From contig CAWDGJ010000001.1 of assembly GCA_963801815.1 (NCBI GenBank), positions 96,001 to 160,000 on the forward strand: a stretch of DNA of 64,000 nt. The letters are read 5' to 3'. The translations under genes were made by a program, and so were the position numbers. Source of the DNA: an uncultured Verrucomicrobiae bacterium (GTDB lineage Bacteria; Verrucomicrobiota; Verrucomicrobiia; Chthoniobacterales; UBA10450). Positions 58,970 through 64,000 of the stretch are shown one piece after another. The notes beneath the pieces are model-generated. The model ran no database searches. It saw only the letters and a list, made by a program, of their open reading frames with translations, and was not told where the DNA came from. Position 1 is the first letter of the stretch. Each line of letters begins with the position of its first letter.

Positions 58970-60811
58970 ATGATTGGACCGGGCCGTGGCGAGCAGCGGA
59001 TCGCTGCGTTGCTGCTTGTGCTTCTATCTAGCGCGCTTTTGTCATCGCTTTTCGCCCGGGAGCAGGTTGCATCTCCGCCGCCTACCGTTAGGCCTAATGT
59101 TGCCAGTGGAAAGAAATCCGCCCGCCAGGATGACTCGATCGCTATCGCTCCGGCCAAGGACCTATTGCTTCGACTCGAGAACGAACATAAATCCGATGCT
59201 CTGTCTCATTTCGTCGAAGGCATTTCGTTTGAGGAAAACGGCGAGATGGACAAGGCCCTGCTGGCTTACCGAAAGGTGCTAGACGTTGATCCGGGACAGG
59301 TCGACCTGGCGTCTCGGGTCGCCTTATTGCTCACGCGTCAGGATGATTTTCCACAGGCAATCGACGTTTTGAAGGACGCTGTGAAAGCAAGGCCCAATGC
59401 GCCTCAACCCTTGCTCCAACTGGCGTTCATCTACGCGAAGTATCTCGGCCGAACTGATCAAGCCATCGAGTATGCGAATCGGGCAATCGCACTCGACCCG
59501 CGCGACTTCGATCCCTATCAACGTCTTTGTGAGATCGCCTTGGGGGCAGGCGATCAGAAAACAGCGCTTCAGGCGTTGGATCGCGCAGTCGCCGTCAAGA
59601 ACGATGACCCGACTTTTTGGACGCGCCTCGGAAAACTCTATGCATCGATTGTTTTCAAGACGGACCGCCCTCCGATGCCGGACGAAATCGCGCGCCTAAA
59701 TGACATCTTCAAAAAGGCAGCCGACCACGCGGGTAACGATGCCACTGTCTTGAAAGACCTGGCGGATTATTATGCATCAACCCAGCAGATCAAGGAGGCG
59801 ATACCGCTTTACTTGCGATTGCTTGAGCTGGAACCGGAAGATGCCAATGCGCGCGAAAAGCTCGCTACCGGTTTTGTCTTAACAAATCAGCGCGACAAAG
59901 CGGTGGGACTGTTGGAGGAGATCATCAAGGAACATCCCGAAAAATATCAGCCTTACGATTTACTTGCCGGATTGCTCGATGATTCGGCGCGCGCCCTGGA
60001 GCGGGACAAAAAAACAGACCAGGCGAAGGCAACGTTCGCCAAAGCAGCGGCCAACTACGAACAGAGCATGATTGTCAATCCGAGTCGCGTCAGTCCGTAC
60101 ATGCACTTGGCCGAGCTGCTTCTTGGGCCGCTGAAGGAAGATGAGCGCGCGGTCAAAGTCCTCAACGAGGCCCGCGAGCACTTTCCGCAAACGCCGGAGA
60201 TCACCTATTATCTCGCGATTGCCCAGCGAGAAGCGAAGCATTCCCAGGAATCGGTGGCGACGTTCGAGGAAGCGTTGCACGAGGCAGCGTTGCAGGACGC
60301 GGAAATCACGAATGCTCGATTCTATTTCGATTACGGAGCGGCCGCCGAACAAGCAGGCCTCTATGATAAAGCGGCCGATCTCTTTAAAAAATCCATCGCC
60401 ATCGATCCCGCCAGCGCCGCCGATGCCTACAATTACCTTGCTTACATGTGGGCGGAACACAACATGCGCCTGGGTGAAGCGGAAGAAATGATCAAGCTGG
60501 CGCTGCAGTCCGACTCAAACAATGGCGCTTACCTCGATACCCTTGGATGGCTCGAATACCGTCAGGGTAAGTTCGATCAAGCCCTGGTGGATTTGCTTCG
60601 CGCCGCTCAAAAGCTGACGCGCGATGATCCAGTGGTATTTGAACACATCGGAGACACTTTCGCGAAAATGAACAAAATCGCGCAAGCTGTGGATGCCTGG
60701 CAAAAAGCGCTCAATCTTGATCCGAAGAACAAAAGCTTGAGTGAGAAGATCGATAACGCCAAAACGAAGATGAGCAAAGGCCAGTTACCGAATGCCAATC
60801 CAATTCATTAA
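58970..60811 (+). CDS. Exported TPR-repeat protein
   Basis: Multiple TPRs; AYNYLAYMWAE...AYLDTLGWLEY...EHIGD. Confidence 0.9.
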   Translation: MIGPGRGEQRIAALLLVLLSSALLSSLFAREQVASPPPTVRPNVASGKKSARQDDSIAIAPAKDLLLRLENEHKSDALSHFVEGISFEENGEMDKALLAYRKVLDVDPGQVDLASRVALLLTRQDDFPQAIDVLKDAVKARPNAPQPLLQLAFIYAKYLGRTDQAIEYANRAIALDPRDFDPYQRLCEIALGAGDQKTALQALDRAVAVKNDDPTFWTRLGKLYASIVFKTDRPPMPDEIARLNDIFKKAADHAGNDATVLKDLADYYASTQQIKEAIPLYLRLLELEPEDANAREKLATGFVLTNQRDKAVGLLEEIIKEHPEKYQPYDLLAGLLDDSARALERDKKTDQAKATFAKAAANYEQSMIVNPSRVSPYMHLAELLLGPLKEDERAVKVLNEAREHFPQTPEITYYLAIAQREAKHSQESVATFEEALHEAALQDAEITNARFYFDYGAAAEQAGLYDKAADLFKKSIAIDPASAADAYNYLAYMWAEHNMRLGEAEEMIKLALQSDSNNGAYLDTLGWLEYRQGKFDQALVDLLRAAQKLTRDDPVVFEHIGDTFAKMNKIAQAVDAWQKALNLDPKNKSLSEKIDNAKTKMSKGQLPNANPIH

Positions 60812-60833
60812 AGTTCGCGGCTGCCGATATATC

Positions 60834-62183
60834 ATGAGCGCTTATCCAACGCCGTGGCAAAAACGAACGATGTGGGCCGCTCTCACTGCGTTCTTCGTCG
60901 TCCTGCTCATCGTCATCGCCGGCGCAGTTGTTTACGTCGGCGCCAATCTAATCAGTTTTCTTCAACCAATTTTAATTCCCGTTGCTATTGCGATCATTCT
61001 TGCCTATCTGCTCGACCCGCTGGTCACCAAGATCTGTCACCGCGGCATGGGCCGCATCTGGGCGATCGTTCTCATTTTCCTGAGCGCGTTCGTCGCCCTG
61101 TTCGGTTTGTTTTGGTGGGTGGTGCCGACCATCTCGATCCAAAGCGCAAACTTCGCGAAAGAACTTCCTTCCTACAGCCAGACCGCACGCGACCGGATTG
61201 TCGATCTGGTGGTTCGCTATAACAGAACTTTCGAAGCCAGTGGCACCCGCAGCAAATCCGCTACTTCGGGTTTGGTAAATCTTCTTCTCGGAACACCACC
61301 GCCGCATTCGAGTGCGACTCCGTCGGCGACGCCGGCTCCTTCGCCGTCTCCGGAAGGTGCAGTCGAGTCGATCGCTCCAGCGCCCCCGAAGCTTAGTTCG
61401 GCGGAGCGGCAGAAAATCGAAGCCGATGTGGAGAAAATGATTGTTTACGTGCAACACCAGCTCCCGGCCTGGAGCGAGAAGGTTTGGAACATCACCCAGA
61501 AAAGCATTGGCGGATTTCTTGGTGTTGCCGGTTTCCTGCTCAGCTTGGTCATGGTACCGATCTACCTTTTTTTCCTTTTGAAGGAACGCCCCCGGATCGA
61601 AAGACGATGGAAAGATTACCTTCCGCTTCGTGCGTCGCCATTGAAAGACGAGATCGTGGAGGCGTTATCCGAGATCAACAGTTACATCATCTCATATTTT
61701 CGCGGCCAATTGCTGGTCTGCCTTGTCGACGGAATTCTTATTGGCTGCACGCTCTCTTTGCTCGGCTTGAATTTCGCGCCACTCATAGGTCTCTCCGTAG
61801 TAATCCTCACCATGATCCCATACATCGGAATTGTGATTTGCTGGGTGCCGGCGGTGTTGATCGCCGCGTTTCAATGGGGCGACTGGATGCATCCGATTAT
61901 CGTTACTGGGATTTTCCTTTTGATCCAAAATCTTGAAGGCATGTTTTACGCGCCGCGTATTGTTGGAAAATCGGTCGGTCTTCATCCGATGACGGTGATC
62001 GTGTCAATCTTCGTCTGGGGCTTGTTGATCGGCGGCTTGCTCGGGCCGATTCTCGCCGTGCCGTTGACCGCGACCATCAAGGTGCTGCTTACGCGTTATG
62101 TTTGGGGGCCGCGAATGCGCGACAGAATCCGCGCTCAGGTCGGGGATGTTCCCGTCGCGAGCGAGGCACGCGGCGAAACTTAG
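60834..62183 (+). CDS. AI-2E family transporter
   Basis: LAYLLDP, YFRGQ, IPYIG, PRIVGKSVGLHP, LAVPLTA. Confidence 0.9.
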   Translation: MSAYPTPWQKRTMWAALTAFFVVLLIVIAGAVVYVGANLISFLQPILIPVAIAIILAYLLDPLVTKICHRGMGRIWAIVLIFLSAFVALFGLFWWVVPTISIQSANFAKELPSYSQTARDRIVDLVVRYNRTFEASGTRSKSATSGLVNLLLGTPPPHSSATPSATPAPSPSPEGAVESIAPAPPKLSSAERQKIEADVEKMIVYVQHQLPAWSEKVWNITQKSIGGFLGVAGFLLSLVMVPIYLFFLLKERPRIERRWKDYLPLRASPLKDEIVEALSEINSYIISYFRGQLLVCLVDGILIGCTLSLLGLNFAPLIGLSVVILTMIPYIGIVICWVPAVLIAAFQWGDWMHPIIVTGIFLLIQNLEGMFYAPRIVGKSVGLHPMTVIVSIFVWGLLIGGLLGPILAVPLTATIKVLLTRYVWGPRMRDRIRAQVGDVPVASEARGET

Positions 62184-62250
62184 ACCTTCGCGCAATCGTT
62201 CGCCTCAAGCCGCGGTTGCATTCTCGGGAGCCCCCACGCATAAGGATTAG

Positions 62251-64000
62251 ATGCCGGAAAAAATTAGACGCGTGCGCCGAAGAAGACGCAGTCATTCTCT
62301 GCCCGGCGTCGAATCATTTCCCCATCTTTGCTTTCGTTTTCCGCCGCTGCGCGTTGCCATTTACGTGGTCGCGGCCACGATCGCACTGTTGCTCGTTATC
62401 GGGTTCGGGACCTACGGCTCCAAGTTTTATTCGGGCTGGCGCGAATCACGTCTATTGAAACGTGCGTCAACGTTGTTGGAAAACAAGGATTACGCAGGGG
62501 CCAATGGTTTGGCGCGCCAGGCCCTCGAGGTCGATCGCGATTCGCTTCCGGCGTTTTTGATTCTGGCCGACGCCACCGAGAAGCAAAACTCCGAGGAGAC
62601 CGTTGCCTGGCGGGCGCAGATCGCGCGCTTACAGCCCACAAACATCGATAGCCAGCTCAATCTCGCATCGGCCGCGTTGCGCTTCGACCAAATCGATCTC
62701 GCCCGCAAGACCTTGGAACGAATTAAACCGATGGCGGAAGATCGTGCTGCTTTCCATGTCGTTTCGGGTTGGCTCGCGCGCGCGGAAGGCAATCTGGTCG
62801 AACAGGAACAGCAGTTCGGCATCGCTGTTGGCAAGGATCCGAAGAACGATCTTTACCAGTTCAACCTCGCGGCCATTCAAATTCGTTCGTCCGATCCGGA
62901 AAAGAGCGCACAGGCGCGCAGCACTCTTGACCGGCTCTCTCAGGTTCCTGAATTTCGCAGCGGCGCACTGCGAGCATTGCTCAACGACGCGGTCGACCGC
63001 AAAGATTTCGAGTCCGCCGATCGTTCTGCGCAACAACTGCAAATGTCGCCAGATGTCACGTTCAGTGATTATCTGCTTTGCCTGAACTTCTATCGCAAAC
63101 TCGACGCGAAGAAGTTCGACAACCTATTGGAGAAAGTGAAACGGGTTGCCGCTCGCAATTCCAACGACCTCGGACTTCTGATGGATTGGATGATTCAAAA
63201 CGATCTGGCGTCGGAAGTTATCAATTGGATGGACAAATTACCTGCTGCATCCACCGACCATCCGCCACCCGCGGTCGCAGTCGCCGCCGCCTTTGCCGAG
63301 CTCAAGAATTGGTCGCGATTACGGCGCTGGACCCGAAGCGAATCGTGGGGAGATGATGATTACTTGCGTCTCGCTTACCAGGCTTTTGCCGCGCACCAGT
63401 TACGGCAATCGAGCTCGGACGCCGAGTTCGACACGCTTTGGCGCACTGCCGTTCACGCTGCGTTCAATCAACCCGATCACGAAATCAAACTCGCGCGACT
63501 CGCCAGTAAATGGAACCTGGCGATCGAGAGCGAAGAACTCTGGTCACGGTTGTCACGGAATTCTGGCAGCCGTCGCGAAGCGCTCGACGCGCTTTACAAA
63601 CTTTATCGTGGCAACAACGATGTCAGAAAACTTTACGACGTGCTTCAAGGTCTGCACGAAACGTCGCCGGACGAAACCGGGATCAGCTGCAATCTTGCCC
63701 GCCTCGGCCTGAACATCGACCAAAACACCAAACAGGCCCAGGACCTCGCGAAACAAGCTTACGATCGCGCTCCCGCTGATGTGAATTGTGCCGTCACGTA
63801 TGCGTTCTCGTTGTATGTCCAGGGTCGAACTCCGGAAGGCCTCGACATCATCCGAAAATTGACGCCGGAGGCGACGCATGAACCGCACAATGCGGTTTAT
63901 GTCGCCGTTCTGTTACTCGACCTGAACCAGACTGACGCCGCCAAAGAATACATTCAGGCGGCGAAACGCGGTCCCCTTTACGTTGAAGAAAAGCGTTTGC
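62251..64000 (+). CDS. Membrane-anchored TPR-like protein, runs off the window end
   Basis: ATG at 62251 (MPEKIRRVRR...), TM segment, helical repeats; absent from the ORF track, apparently because it has no stop in the window. Confidence 0.75.
   Translation, partial: MPEKIRRVRRRRRSHSLPGVESFPHLCFRFPPLRVAIYVVAATIALLLVIGFGTYGSKFYSGWRESRLLKRASTLLENKDYAGANGLARQALEVDRDSLPAFLILADATEKQNSEETVAWRAQIARLQPTNIDSQLNLASAALRFDQIDLARKTLERIKPMAEDRAAFHVVSGWLARAEGNLVEQEQQFGIAVGKDPKNDLYQFNLAAIQIRSSDPEKSAQARSTLDRLSQVPEFRSGALRALLNDAVDRKDFESADRSAQQLQMSPDVTFSDYLLCLNFYRKLDAKKFDNLLEKVKRVAARNSNDLGLLMDWMIQNDLASEVINWMDKLPAASTDHPPPAVAVAAAFAELKNWSRLRRWTRSESWGDDDYLRLAYQAFAAHQLRQSSSDAEFDTLWRTAVHAAFNQPDHEIKLARLASKWNLAIESEELWSRLSRNSGSRREALDALYKLYRGNNDVRKLYDVLQGLHETSPDETGISCNLARLGLNIDQNTKQAQDLAKQAYDRAPADVNCAVTYAFSLYVQGRTPEGLDIIRKLTPEATHEPHNAVYVAVLLLDLNQTDAAKEYIQAAKRGPLYVEEKRL

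Noticed and set aside
1..64000. CRISPR array or cas genes
   Set aside because: No constant 23-47 bp repeats with unique spacers; no cas motifs.
58697..64000. Island integrated at tRNA-Pro
   Set aside because: No duplicated 3' end or integrase seen; downstream genes look core.

Overview
64 kb of a GC-rich bacterial chromosome; gene content and protein style suggest soil Verrucomicrobiota (Chthoniobacterales-like), which is inference only. The first ~27 kb holds a dispersed kynurenine / 2-aminomuconate tryptophan pathway (kynA, kmo, kynU, nbaC, nbaD, aminomuconate semialdehyde dehydrogenase, RidA-type deaminase). It is interleaved with molybdenum-cofactor genes (YdeP/FdhF-like oxidoreductase, fdhD, MOSC, mobA, MoaD-like) and accessory genes. 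The right half is mostly housekeeping (moeA, lpxA, radC, pyrF, ispE, sdhCAB, pyrE, secA, smpB, rpoZ, tRNA-Pro), plus a subclass B3 metallo-beta-lactamase and a minor-pilin operon. Most interesting: (1) a three-gene operon at 19.5-21.8 kb encoding a lipoprotein with a repeated TSSTHP core, an SdpA/DUF5819-like protein and an HTTM (SdpB / vitamin-K-dependent carboxylase-like) membrane enzyme, a candidate undescribed peptide-modification system; (2) a 2.4 kb island bounded by a 16-bp duplication of the tRNA-Ser 3' end, containing attC-like integron cassettes but no integrase; (3) a wHTH gene bracketed by two copies of the same palindrome; (4) several families of small palindromic or heptamer repeats, some recruited in-frame into coding sequences. 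Three genes carry single-base frameshifts that may be sequencing errors. All functional calls come from motif recognition; no database searches were run.
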